The notes below the pieces were generated by a model. The model saw only the letters and a list, made by a program, of their open reading frames with translations. It was not told the origin of the DNA and searched no databases. A DNA stretch of 64,000 nt from Kiritimatiellales bacterium (GTDB lineage Bacteria > Verrucomicrobiota > Kiritimatiellia > Kiritimatiellales > Tichowtungiaceae). A program made the translations under genes and the position numbers. Shown piece by piece: positions 49,299 through 58,694 of this stretch (its first letter is position 1; each line of letters opens with the position of its first letter). Where the stretch lies: NCBI GenBank assembly GCA_037141075.1, contig JBAXDG010000001.1, positions 1,811 through 65,810 on the forward strand. Direction: 5' to 3'.

Positions 49299-50084
49299 AT
49301 GCATATGGCCGATCTGCTTCCGAACGAAGAATACAAAGTGAATCTCGAGGTCTTTGAAGGCCCGCTGGATCTGCTCCTTTACCTCATCAAAAAAGACGAG
49401 GTGGACATCTACGACATTCCGATCGGGCGGATCACCACCCAGTACATGGAATATCTCGATTTGATGAAAATCCTCAATCTCGAGATCGCCGGCGACTTTA
49501 TCGTGATGGCCGCGACGCTGATGGTGATCAAGAGCCGCCTGCTGCTGCCCGATGAAGATCGCGGCCCGGTGGAAGAGGACGACGAGGACGATCCGCGCTG
49601 GGATCTGGTGCGCCAGCTGGTTGAGTACAAAAAGTTTAAGGATGCCGCCGGGTTTCTTGGTCAGCTCGAAGAGATTCAGGAAAATGTTTTTTCCCGCGAA
49701 GGCGAGCATGTTGAACTCGGTATGCGGCCTGATGTCGGTATGTCGGATGTCAGTATTTTCGACCTGATCAGCGCGCTGAATCAGGCTCTCGATCGCGCGC
49801 CGAAAGAGGAACTGAACGAGATTTTCGCCGAGCAGTTCACCGTCAGCGAAAAAGTGGATTATCTGCTGGAGGCCACGAAGAACGGCAAGCCGCTGACACT
49901 GGGCCGTCTATTCCGCGGCATGCGTTCACGGCAGGAAATCGTCTGCACGTTTCTCGCCGTGCTGGAGCTGATGAAGCTCAACCGCCTTGTCGCGCGGCAG
50001 GATAACCATTTTGATGAAATCGTTATTGAGCAGATCGAAGGCGGCGAACCCGAACCCGTTTTACAGAAGGATGAACAGTTATGA
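49299..50084 (+). CDS. scpA: Segregation and condensation protein A
   Basis: FEGPLDLLLYLIKK.EVDIYDIPI, IKSRLLLP, TFLAVLELMK. Confidence 0.96.
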   Translation: MHMADLLPNEEYKVNLEVFEGPLDLLLYLIKKDEVDIYDIPIGRITTQYMEYLDLMKILNLEIAGDFIVMAATLMVIKSRLLLPDEDRGPVEEDDEDDPRWDLVRQLVEYKKFKDAAGFLGQLEEIQENVFSREGEHVELGMRPDVGMSDVSIFDLISALNQALDRAPKEELNEIFAEQFTVSEKVDYLLEATKNGKPLTLGRLFRGMRSRQEIVCTFLAVLELMKLNRLVARQDNHFDEIVIEQIEGGEPEPVLQKDEQL

Positions 50085-50773
50085 GCAGTATCGAAGTGCT
50101 TCCTGAACTCAAACAGATTATCGGCTCTCTGCTGTTTGCGGCCAAAAAGCCGCTGACCGCCAAGGAAGTCCGCAAGGTGCTGGCCGATGCCGGTGCCGGC
50201 TACGGCGGTCCCTACGTGCAGTTCGCCGAGATCAAAGAGGATGAGATCATCGCCGCGGTCGCGGAGTTGACCGAGGAACTGGCGCGGAGCAGTACCGGCC
50301 TGTGCATTGCCGAAGTGGCCCACGGCTACCGATTGCAGAACGAAATCAACTGCGGCCCGTGGGTGCGCACACTGCTCGACAAGGATCATAACGCCCGGCT
50401 CTCCAAGCCCGCGCTCGAAACGCTCGCCATTATCGCCTACCGCCAGCCGATTCTGCGCTCCGAGATCGAATCCGTCCGCGGCGTCGCGGTCGATCAGGTG
50501 CTTCGCAATCTGGTTGAGATGCAACTGGTTAAAGTGGTTGCCCGCAGTGACCTGCCGGGCCGCCCGTGGCTCTTCGGCACCACCCAGCGCTTTCTCGAAC
50601 ACTTCGGCCTGCGGGCGCTCGACGAGATGCCCGGCATGGAAGAACTCAAACGCATGGAAAAACCCGAGCGGACAAAAACTTTCCCTGCGATGGAAAAAGA
50701 GTTAGAACTGCGGGCGCAAGAGGCGCTAACGGAGGACGACGATGAGTCTGGAGAAACTGAGGAAACAGATTGA
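50081..50773 (+). CDS. scpB: Segregation and condensation protein B
   Basis: LSKPALETLAIIAYRQP, IESVRGV, GRPWLFGTT..FLEHFGL. Confidence 0.96.
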   Translation: MSSIEVLPELKQIIGSLLFAAKKPLTAKEVRKVLADAGAGYGGPYVQFAEIKEDEIIAAVAELTEELARSSTGLCIAEVAHGYRLQNEINCGPWVRTLLDKDHNARLSKPALETLAIIAYRQPILRSEIESVRGVAVDQVLRNLVEMQLVKVVARSDLPGRPWLFGTTQRFLEHFGLRALDEMPGMEELKRMEKPERTKTFPAMEKELELRAQEALTEDDDESGETEETD

Positions 50774-51803
50774 CGGTCTTGATGCGGAACTGATCAAGCT
50801 CCTCAACGAGCGGATCAAGGTCGCGCTCGAAATCGGGAAGACTAAAAAAGAGCAGGGCGGCGAAATCTACGTGCCGTCGCGCGAGAAGGCCGTCTTTGAC
50901 CGGATCGCCGCGCTTAACAACGGTCCGCTTCCTGAACAGTCGGCGCGCGCCATCTACCGCGAAATCATGTCGGCGGCTCTCGCTCTCGAAAGCAATCTGA
51001 AAATCGCCTATCTCGGCCCGCCCGCCACTTTCACCCATCAGGCCGCGCACGCTAAATTCGGCGCGAGCGTTGATTACCATCCCGTCGGCACCATCACTGA
51101 GGTGTTCAACGCGGTGGAGCACGGCACCGCCGATTACGGCGTCGTGCCGATCGAAAACTCCATCGAAGGCGCCGTGACGCACACCTTCGATCAGTTCACC
51201 AACACGCAACTTAAAATCTGTGCGGAAATCTACCTGCCGGTTTCGCTCTATCTGCTCGCCTCGGTGCCAAGAGAAAAAATCACGCGGGTCTGCAGTAAGC
51301 AGGAAGCCATCGGCCAGTGTCGCCGCTGGCTAAGCGAAAACCTTTCCGGCGTTGAGCTCGACGCGGTCAACAGCACCGCGCTGGCCGCCGAAATGGCCGC
51401 GAACGGGGACTGCGCCGCCATCGCCAGTCTACTGGCCGCCGAGCTGTACGGGCTGGATATTGTCGCGGAGAACATTCAGGACTCCAGCGGCAACACCACC
51501 CGCTTTCTTGTCATCGGCAAAAAATACGGCGAGCCGTCTGGCGAAGATAAGACATCCATCTACTTCGGCATCAAAGACGAAGTCGGCGCGCTGCACGACG
51601 CGCTCGACGCGCTCAAGACCAACAAAATCAACATGACCAAGATCGAGTCGCGCCCCAGCAAAAACAAAGCGTGGGAATACTACTTTTTCGTCGACTTCGA
51701 GGGCCATGCGGATGATCCGCACGTCAAAGACGCGCTCAAAGCGCTCGCGAAACACTGCGCCGTGCTCAACGTGCTCGGCTCATACCCCAAAGTGGAGGTC
51801 TGA
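50742..51803 (+). CDS. pheA: Chorismate mutase / prephenate dehydratase
   Basis: N-terminal chorismate mutase (LRKQIDGLD), LGPPATFT, PIENSIEG, NTTRFL, IESRPS ACT domain. Confidence 0.96.
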   Translation: MSLEKLRKQIDGLDAELIKLLNERIKVALEIGKTKKEQGGEIYVPSREKAVFDRIAALNNGPLPEQSARAIYREIMSAALALESNLKIAYLGPPATFTHQAAHAKFGASVDYHPVGTITEVFNAVEHGTADYGVVPIENSIEGAVTHTFDQFTNTQLKICAEIYLPVSLYLLASVPREKITRVCSKQEAIGQCRRWLSENLSGVELDAVNSTALAAEMAANGDCAAIASLLAAELYGLDIVAENIQDSSGNTTRFLVIGKKYGEPSGEDKTSIYFGIKDEVGALHDALDALKTNKINMTKIESRPSKNKAWEYYFFVDFEGHADDPHVKDALKALAKHCAVLNVLGSYPKVEV

Positions 51804-51857
51804 GCGACCTGTGCAGTGCTGGTTCAGCCGGCCGGATAAGTTCAAAAGGAGATATTC

Positions 51858-52259
51858 GTGTCGTCCCATACTCATCAGTTCCGTGTCCGCTATAGTGAAA
51901 CCGACCAGATGCAGACCTTCTACAACTCCCGTGCGTTGGAGTGGTTTGAGGTCGGCCGTACCGAACTGTCGCGCGCCATGGGTGTTTCCTATGCGGAATG
52001 GGAGCATCGCGGCATCGGGTTGCCGCTGATTGAAGCGCATGTTTATTTTACCGGCCGCGCCAAATACGATGATCTGCTGGAGATGACCACGAGCATTCAT
52101 CGCGAAGGGCGCGCACGGATTCGTTTTGAAAACCGCATTGTGCAGGCTGATGGCTCCGGGGATGTGGCGCACGGCTTTACGGTGCATGCCATGTTCGGCA
52201 CGGACGGACGTCCGGTCCGTGCGCCGGACTGGGTGGTTGAGCTTTTGAATAAGGAATAG
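51858..52259 (+). CDS. Acyl-CoA thioesterase (YbgC/FadM hotdog family)
   Basis: RVRYSETDQMQ..YNS..LEWFEVGRTE, AKYDDLL. Confidence 0.9.
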   Translation: MSSHTHQFRVRYSETDQMQTFYNSRALEWFEVGRTELSRAMGVSYAEWEHRGIGLPLIEAHVYFTGRAKYDDLLEMTTSIHREGRARIRFENRIVQADGSGDVAHGFTVHAMFGTDGRPVRAPDWVVELLNKE

Positions 52260-52261
52260 AA

Positions 52262-53845
52262 ATGGAACGACAGTTTTTGATGGGGAATGAAGCGGTTGCA
52301 TTGGGTGCGCTGCATGCGGGTGCCGCCCGCGGAACCGGTTATCCGGGAACGCCGTCGAGCGAGATTCTCGATGTTTATAGCAAGCTTGGCGGCAAGGCTG
52401 AATGGTCGCCGAACGAAAAAGTCGCTGCCGAAGTGGCGCTGGGCGTTTCGTTCGCCGGCGTGCGCGCTTTCACGACCATGAAACACGTCGGACTGAACGT
52501 CGCCGCGGATGTGCTGTTTACCGCCGCCTACAGCGGAGTGGACGGCGCGCTGGTTTTCATTGTCGCCGACGATCCGGGGCTGGCTTCCAGTCAGAACGAG
52601 CAGGATACCCGCCGCTACGCGGTGGCCGCCGGCGTGCCGCTGGTTGAGCCGTCCGATTCGCAGGAAGCCTATGACTTCACCCGTCTGGCGTTTGAAATTT
52701 CCGAACGTTGGAAAATTCCAGTGATCGTAAAACTGACCACCCGCGTCTGCCATTCCGGAACGATTGTTGTTCCGCGCAAGCCGGATCATCATTTGCCGAA
52801 GGCGCACTTCGAGCGCAATATTCCGTATCATGTCATGGTGCCCGGACATGCCCGCCCGGCGCACCGCCGTCTGCGGCAGAAGCTGGCGGAGATTGCCGAG
52901 TGGAATGAAAAGGAAGGCCCGAATCAGAAAATCGAAGGCTCGAAAGATCTCGGCATTCTGGTTTCCGGTGTTGCGTATCAGCATGTGCGTGAAGCCGCGC
53001 CGGACGCGTCCGTTTTCAAAATCGGCATGAGCTATCCGCTGCCGATGCGGCGGATGCTCGATTTTGTTGCTTCGGTTGACCGCGCCGTGGTCATCGAAGA
53101 AAACGATCCGTATATGGCCGACGCGGTGCGCGCCGCAGGCGGCGCGATTGAAAGTGCGCCGGAAATGTATCGCTTCGGGGAGTTGGATGTAGGACGGGTG
53201 AAACGCATTCTGGCGCATGACGTCACTCCCGAAGCGGTTCCGCCGCGCGGGAAACCGCCGCAGCTTTGCGCCGGCTGTCCGCATACGGTCGTGTTTGAAA
53301 TACTCAAGCGGCACAACTGCATCGTGGCGGGCGATATCGGCTGCTACACACTGGCCGCGCTCCAGCCGTTGGCGGCCATGGACACGCAGATCTGCATGGG
53401 CGCGAGTCTTGGTGTCGGCATCGGCCTGCGCCACGTTCTGCCGCGCGAAGAAGCCAAGCGGGTTGTCAGCGTTATCGGCGACAGCACGTTCGTTCACAGC
53501 GGACTCACCGGGCTGGCCGAGATGACCTATAACGTGCCGCCGACCGGCCATGTTCTGCTGATCCTCGACAACGCCACCACCGCGATGACCGGACAGCAGG
53601 AACATCCCGGCACCGGAAGGCTGCTGGATCATACGCCGGCTAATCAGCTCGATTACGAAGCAGTGGTTCGCGCCATGAATGTTCCGAATGTCGGAGTTTT
53701 CGACCCGATCCGCCAGCTCGGAGAGTTTGAAAAAGCGCTGGTCGAAGCTCTTGGAAAAGATGAACTGACGGTTCTGATTGTGCGCCGGCCCTGTATTCTG
53801 GCGGTGGCCCGCAAAGGTGTGAAACCCGCTTCAGCCGAAGGATAA
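52262..53845 (+). CDS. iorA: Indolepyruvate:ferredoxin oxidoreductase alpha subunit
   Basis: LMGNEAVALG, YPGTPSSEI, TMKHVGLNVAAD, LCAGCPH, GDIGCYTL, IGDSTFVHSG. Confidence 0.95.
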   Translation: MERQFLMGNEAVALGALHAGAARGTGYPGTPSSEILDVYSKLGGKAEWSPNEKVAAEVALGVSFAGVRAFTTMKHVGLNVAADVLFTAAYSGVDGALVFIVADDPGLASSQNEQDTRRYAVAAGVPLVEPSDSQEAYDFTRLAFEISERWKIPVIVKLTTRVCHSGTIVVPRKPDHHLPKAHFERNIPYHVMVPGHARPAHRRLRQKLAEIAEWNEKEGPNQKIEGSKDLGILVSGVAYQHVREAAPDASVFKIGMSYPLPMRRMLDFVASVDRAVVIEENDPYMADAVRAAGGAIESAPEMYRFGELDVGRVKRILAHDVTPEAVPPRGKPPQLCAGCPHTVVFEILKRHNCIVAGDIGCYTLAALQPLAAMDTQICMGASLGVGIGLRHVLPREEAKRVVSVIGDSTFVHSGLTGLAEMTYNVPPTGHVLLILDNATTAMTGQQEHPGTGRLLDHTPANQLDYEAVVRAMNVPNVGVFDPIRQLGEFEKALVEALGKDELTVLIVRRPCILAVARKGVKPASAEG

Positions 53846-53850
53846 TTTGT

Positions 53851-54327
53851 ATGAGTGATAAAGTGACCAGTATTAAAATCGCCGGTCTTGGCGGTATGGG
53901 TGTTCTGACCTCCACGCAGATTCTTGCCGAAGTTTTTTTCCGGCAGGGGCTTGATGTCAAAAAGGCGGAAGTGCACGGCATGAGTCAGCGCGGCGGTTCT
54001 ATTTGCAGCGATGTACGCTTCGGAAAGAAAGTATTCAGTCCGATGATTCCCGCCGGAGAGATCGACTTTCTCGTCCTGTTTCAGGACGACCAGTTTCCGC
54101 TGTACGAAGCGGAGTGCTCTCCGGGAACCTCGATCCTAAAGTCGTCGGCAATTGATTTGGCAAAACTGGAAAACAAAAGAGCACTTAACATCGCCATGCT
54201 CGGCCTGCTGAGCCGTCATCTGAATGTTCCGGCCGATGCCTGGCTGAAAGTGATTCGTGGAAACCTGCCGGAGAAACTGCATAAAGTGAACGAAGCCGCT
54301 TTTGAACTTGGACGTCAGTCCGCATAG
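53851..54327 (+). CDS. iorB: Indolepyruvate:ferredoxin oxidoreductase beta subunit
   Basis: GLGGMGVL, EVHGMSQRGGSI.SDVRFG. Confidence 0.92.
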   Translation: MSDKVTSIKIAGLGGMGVLTSTQILAEVFFRQGLDVKKAEVHGMSQRGGSICSDVRFGKKVFSPMIPAGEIDFLVLFQDDQFPLYEAECSPGTSILKSSAIDLAKLENKRALNIAMLGLLSRHLNVPADAWLKVIRGNLPEKLHKVNEAAFELGRQSA

Positions 54328-54335
54328 GAGAGCTC

Positions 54336-55646
54336 ATGGAAACTGATATCCATCCCGAGTGTATGCCTGATTATCTGGACCCCCACGAACTGCGGGCGCT
54401 GCAGCTACAGCGGTTGAAAGCCACTGTTCAGCGCTGTTACAATAACGTGGCGCTTTTCCGTCAGCGCATGGATGAACGCGGCATGAAGCCCGCCGACATC
54501 CGCACGCTGGATGATGTACAAAAACTTCCATTTACTCAGAAAACCGATTTGCGTGATACGTATCCTTACGGACTGTTTGCCGTGCCGATGAAAGACGTCG
54601 TCCGCCTGCACGCCTCCAGCGGAACAACCGGCAAGCCGATTGTAGTCGGCTACACCCAGGACGATCTGGACGTCTGGAGCAGTGTCATGCTCCGTTCTTT
54701 TGTCGCCACCGGCATGCACGCCGGAGACGTCCTCCAGAACGCCTACGGCTACGGACTGTTCACCGGCGGCCTCGGCGCGCATTACGGCGCGGAGCGGCTC
54801 GGTGCAACCGTCATTCCGATTTCCGGCGGCAACACGGAACGCCAGATTCTGGTGATGAAGGATTTCGGCGTCACCGCCATCTGCTGTACGCCGAGCTATT
54901 TTATTCACCTGATCGAAAAAGTGAACGCGAGCGGTATTTCCTTCAGAGATCTTGGCGTAAAAATCGGCGTGTTCGGCGCGGAGCCGTGGACGGAAGCCAT
55001 GCGCACCTACATTCAGCGCGAATCCGGCATTAAGGCTTTTGACATTTACGGACTGACGGAAATTATTGGCCCTGGTGTCGGCATCGAATGCTGTGAGCAG
55101 GCCGGTCTTCATATTTTTGAAGACCACTTCCTGATCGAAATTGTCGATCCGGAAACCGATGAAGTCCTGCCCGACGGTGCGGAAGGCGAGCTGATCATCA
55201 CGACGCTCACCAAGCAGGCGTTTCCGATGATCCGCTACCGCACTCACGATATCACTTCGATCAATCCGGAGCGTTGCGCCTGCGGCCGCACCATCCGCCG
55301 CATCAACCGCATCCGCTCACGCAGCGACGACATGATGATCATTCGCGGCGTCAACGTCTTCCCGTCGCAGATCGAAGCCGCGCTGCTGTCGGTCGAGGAA
55401 ACTGTGCCGCACTATCAGATTCTGCTCACCCGCAAGGGCGGGCTCGACCAGATCGAAGTGCAGGTTGAAGTCACGAAAGAAATGTTTGGCGACCGCATCA
55501 GCGAACTTGAGGCCACGCAAGCACGGATTGCTCAGGCGATCGACCATATAACCGGCCTGCGCGTTCCGGTCCGTCTTGTTGAGCCGCACACCATTGCGCG
55601 CAGCGAAGGGAAAGCCAAACGAGTCATCGATAATCGGAACCAATAG
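54336..55646 (+). CDS. paaK: Phenylacetate-CoA ligase
   Basis: VRLHASSGTTGKP, YGYGLFTGGLG, GAEPW, RSDDMMIIRGVNVFPSQIE, GKAKRVID. Confidence 0.95.
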   Translation: METDIHPECMPDYLDPHELRALQLQRLKATVQRCYNNVALFRQRMDERGMKPADIRTLDDVQKLPFTQKTDLRDTYPYGLFAVPMKDVVRLHASSGTTGKPIVVGYTQDDLDVWSSVMLRSFVATGMHAGDVLQNAYGYGLFTGGLGAHYGAERLGATVIPISGGNTERQILVMKDFGVTAICCTPSYFIHLIEKVNASGISFRDLGVKIGVFGAEPWTEAMRTYIQRESGIKAFDIYGLTEIIGPGVGIECCEQAGLHIFEDHFLIEIVDPETDEVLPDGAEGELIITTLTKQAFPMIRYRTHDITSINPERCACGRTIRRINRIRSRSDDMMIIRGVNVFPSQIEAALLSVEETVPHYQILLTRKGGLDQIEVQVEVTKEMFGDRISELEATQARIAQAIDHITGLRVPVRLVEPHTIARSEGKAKRVIDNRNQ

Positions 55647-55647
55647 T

Positions 55648-56128
55648 TCGATATCGAAAATCCTAATCTCTAAACACTAAATCCTAAACCAATTTAACGT
55701 CAGGAACCCGATGAGCCAGCCATACGATCTGGAGGAGAGAACCTTGGAGTTTGCTAAGGCAGTCAGAGCGTTTGTGCGCAGGGTGATGAAAGATATTCCG
55801 AACATCGAAGACTGCAAGCAGGTTGTCCGTTCGTCCGGATCTGTGGCGGCTAACTACATTGAAGCCAATGAGTCGTTGAGCAAAAAAGATTTTTTGATGC
55901 GCGCAAAAATTTGCCGGAAGGAAGCCAAGGAATCGCGTCTTTGGTTGCGTCTGATTCTGGCAGAAGGCCTTGAGGAGGAGCGGATTCGACTGGAACAGGA
56001 AGCCAAAGAGCTTACTCATATTTTCGGTGCGATTGTCACGAAATCGGGAGACTGAATTTAAATATTAAATTTTGATCATTTGTCATTTGAATTTGTTTAG
56101 AATTTAGAAATTAGTGGTTAGATATTCG
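55648..56128. repeat. Complementary heptamer repeat arms flanking four-helix-bundle gene D
   Basis: 55660-55687 ATCCTAA TCTCTAA ACACTAA ATCCTAA; 56097-56124 TTAGAAT TTAGAAA TTAGTGG TTAGATA. Confidence 0.8.
55711..56055 (+). CDS. Four helix bundle protein, copy D
   Basis: YDLEERTLEFAK...KQVVRSSGSVAANYIEANESLSKKDF..RAKICRKEAKESRLWL. Confidence 0.92.
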   Translation: MSQPYDLEERTLEFAKAVRAFVRRVMKDIPNIEDCKQVVRSSGSVAANYIEANESLSKKDFLMRAKICRKEAKESRLWLRLILAEGLEEERIRLEQEAKELTHIFGAIVTKSGD

Positions 56129-56148
56129 CGACTGAAAGGAGTGGAAAG

Positions 56149-56577
56149 ATGAAACTGAAACAGCTCTCTGTTTTTCTCGAAAACCGTCCGGGACATCTCA
56201 GCCGTGTCTGCGAAGTGCTGGCGGAAGCCGGAATCAATATCGTCACCATGACGCTGGCCGACACACGCGAGTTCGGTATCCTGCGTCTGATCGTCCGCGA
56301 ATGGCAGCGCGCCAAAGAAGTACTCGAAGCTGCCGGCTTTGCGGTGAATATCACCGACGTCATGGCGATTGAAGTTACCGACGAACCCGGCGGGCTGGAG
56401 AAGATCCTTAAGGTGGCGGAAGCTGGCGGGCTGAGTGTCGAATACATGTACGCCTTTGCCTGCAAGCAGAAGAAAAACGCCCTGATCGTCATCCGCTTCG
56501 ACAACATCGAGCGCGCTTCCGCCGTACTGGAATCGGCCGGGATTGGAATTTTATCCGCCACAGAATTTTACGCTTAA
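56149..56577 (+). CDS. Tandem ACT-domain protein
   Basis: KQLSVFLENRPGHL, LADTREFGILRLIV, DEPGGL; a usual neighbour of paaK. Confidence 0.92.
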   Translation: MKLKQLSVFLENRPGHLSRVCEVLAEAGINIVTMTLADTREFGILRLIVREWQRAKEVLEAAGFAVNITDVMAIEVTDEPGGLEKILKVAEAGGLSVEYMYAFACKQKKNALIVIRFDNIERASAVLESAGIGILSATEFYA

Positions 56578-56592
56578 CCGCAGGAGAACAGT

Positions 56593-57687
56593 ATGATTCC
56601 CAACAAATGGATTGAAACCGTGCCGGTGTATGAGCCGGGCAAACCGATTGAAGAAGTGGCGCGCGAACTCGGCTTCGACGACATCGCCGAAATCATCAAA
56701 GTCGCCTCGAACGAAAACGAGCTTGGCCCGTCGCCTAAAGCGATGAACGCCATGGCCGCCGCCGCGAAAGAGATGCACCGCTATCCCGACGGCGGGTGTT
56801 TTTATTTGAAGGACAAGCTGGCCGGACAGCTCGGTGTGAAGCCGCAGAATTTACTTTTCGGCAATGGCAGTAACGAGCTGATCGAATTTCTCGGCCACGT
56901 TTATCTTAGCCCCGGCACCAACCTGGTCATGAGCGAATGCGCCTTTGTCGTCTACCGCCTCGTCGCCATGCTCTTCAACGCGAAGGTGATTGCTGTGCCA
57001 ATAAGAAAGTTCGCGCATGACCTCGATGCCATGCTGGCTGCCGTTACGCCCGAAACCCGCATGGTCATCATCTGCAACCCGAACAACCCGACCGGTACCA
57101 TCGTCACGCCCGCGAAAATTAAAGCCTTCCTCAAAAAACTGCCCGCGAACGTGCTGGCCGTTTTTGACGAAGCCTATTTCGAACTCATGCCCGACGAACA
57201 AAAGCCCGATCTGATCAAAGAGATTCAGAAGGGCAGAGAAAACGTCATTGTTCTGCGCACCTTCTCCAAAGCGTACGGACTGGCCGGACTGCGCATCGGC
57301 TACGCCGTCGGACATGAAAAACTGATCGGACTGCTTAACCGTGTCCGCCAGCCATTCAACGTCAACTCCATGGCGCTGGCCGCAGCCTTCGCCGCACTCG
57401 ACGACGACAAACATCTGGAGAAAACCCGTAAAACCGTTTTTCAGGGATTGGAACTTTTCGCCCGCGAGCTTCCGAAGATTGGAAACGGACTCGAAATGGT
57501 TCCGTCGTTCGCCAACTTCTTTTTGGTGAAAACCGGTAACGGCCGGAAAGTATTTGGCGAACTGCAGAAACGTAAAGTCATCGTCCGACCCATGGACGGC
57601 TACGGACTGCCCGAATGGATTCGCATCACCGTCGGAACTCCTGCCCAGAACCGCGCAGTCCTTAAAGCCCTCAAAGAGATTCTGTAA
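56593..57687 (+). CDS. hisC: Histidinol-phosphate / aromatic aminotransferase
   Basis: KVASNENELG, RYPD, CNPNNPTG, DEAY, RTFSKAYGLAGLRIGY. Confidence 0.94.
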   Translation: MIPNKWIETVPVYEPGKPIEEVARELGFDDIAEIIKVASNENELGPSPKAMNAMAAAAKEMHRYPDGGCFYLKDKLAGQLGVKPQNLLFGNGSNELIEFLGHVYLSPGTNLVMSECAFVVYRLVAMLFNAKVIAVPIRKFAHDLDAMLAAVTPETRMVIICNPNNPTGTIVTPAKIKAFLKKLPANVLAVFDEAYFELMPDEQKPDLIKEIQKGRENVIVLRTFSKAYGLAGLRIGYAVGHEKLIGLLNRVRQPFNVNSMALAAAFAALDDDKHLEKTRKTVFQGLELFARELPKIGNGLEMVPSFANFFLVKTGNGRKVFGELQKRKVIVRPMDGYGLPEWIRITVGTPAQNRAVLKALKEIL

Positions 57688-57798
57688 GAAGAATTTTTAC
57701 CACCCAGCCTTGGCGGGCGTGGAAAAAAACTGGTAAGGACACGGGTGTTTCATGCGCCGGTGTTCGAGCTGAGTTGAATCTTAAATTAGGAGTTGGTT

Positions 57799-58452
57799 AT
57801 GATGTCGTTTCGCAAGGTCCTGTTCTGCACGCTGATCTATACCGCTTCGCTGGCTTACACCGCCGAGAAGGCTTCAGTTGTTATTCCCGACAAAACCATC
57901 AAACTGTTCGACGGCAAGAGTCTGGACGGATGGACGGCCTTTGCCAAAGACGGTGCGAAGATGGAGCAGATTTGGTCTGTGCGGGACGGCGTGATGTACT
58001 GTGTAGGCACTCCGAAAGGTTATTTACGAACGGTTGCGCATTATGCGAATTATCTGCTGACGGTGGAATGGCGCTTCATCAAGGCCGGTAATACCGGCGT
58101 GATCGTTCACGCCAACGGCGAAGAAAAGGTCTGGCCGGACGGCGTCGAATGCCAAGGCGCCCACGAACGTCAGGGTGACTTCTATGTGCGGGGCGGTTTG
58201 GTTTGCGATCAGCCTTTCACCCAAGGAAAGACCGGAATCCCGGCGGCCGCGCCTGGCGTTGAAAACCCGGTCGGCGAATGGAACCAGTATCAGGTTCGTT
58301 GCGACGGCGGCACGATTACGGTCAGTGTTAATGGAAAAGAAATCAACCGCATTACCGGGTGTTCATCCACGTCCGGCTGGATTGGACTGCAGAGTGAAGG
58401 CGCTGAAATGGAAGTCCGCGAGGTGACACTGCAACCGCTACCGCAAAGCTGA
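57799..58452 (+). CDS. DUF1080 (3-keto-disaccharide hydrolase-like) secreted protein
   Basis: Signal peptide; LFDGKSLDGW, WSVRDG, VEWRF, GEWNQY, GWIGLQSEG. Confidence 0.9.
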   Translation: MMSFRKVLFCTLIYTASLAYTAEKASVVIPDKTIKLFDGKSLDGWTAFAKDGAKMEQIWSVRDGVMYCVGTPKGYLRTVAHYANYLLTVEWRFIKAGNTGVIVHANGEEKVWPDGVECQGAHERQGDFYVRGGLVCDQPFTQGKTGIPAAAPGVENPVGEWNQYQVRCDGGTITVSVNGKEINRITGCSSTSGWIGLQSEGAEMEVREVTLQPLPQS

Positions 58453-58460
58453 TGCGAGCC

Positions 58461-58506
58461 GCAGAAACGTAAAATCATCATCCGCCCGTTGGACGGCTAC
58501 GGCCTG
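58461..58506 (+). pseudogene. 46-bp diverged duplicate of the hisC 3' region
   Basis: GCAGAAACGTAAAATCATCATCCGCCCGTTGGACGGCTACGGCCTG vs hisC 57564-57609 GCAGAAACGTAAAGTCATCGTCCGACCCATGGACGGCTACGGACTG (40/46). Confidence 0.75.
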
Positions 58507-58694
58507 ATACAGTTGCTCTGCGCGGAATATTCTATAATCAGCCTTTGAGATAAGAGAGGCGTTTGAGTTCGGGAAATTTTTCGATGGCCTGCGGCAGGGA
58601 TGCCGTTTCCACAATTGGCGCTGACGGAGCAACACCCTCCCGGGAGGGTTGCGCTTCGTCGCAACCGGGTTCCAAACATCGAAAACCATCTGGA

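Noticed and set aside
49299-50773. parS sites near scpAB
   Set aside because: No TGTTTCACGTGAAACA-like sequence noticed in the window.
4683-56055. Four-helix-bundle genes as DGR Avd components or as 23S rRNA intervening sequences
   Set aside because: No reverse transcriptase, no template/variable repeat pair and no rRNA sequence is visible in the window.
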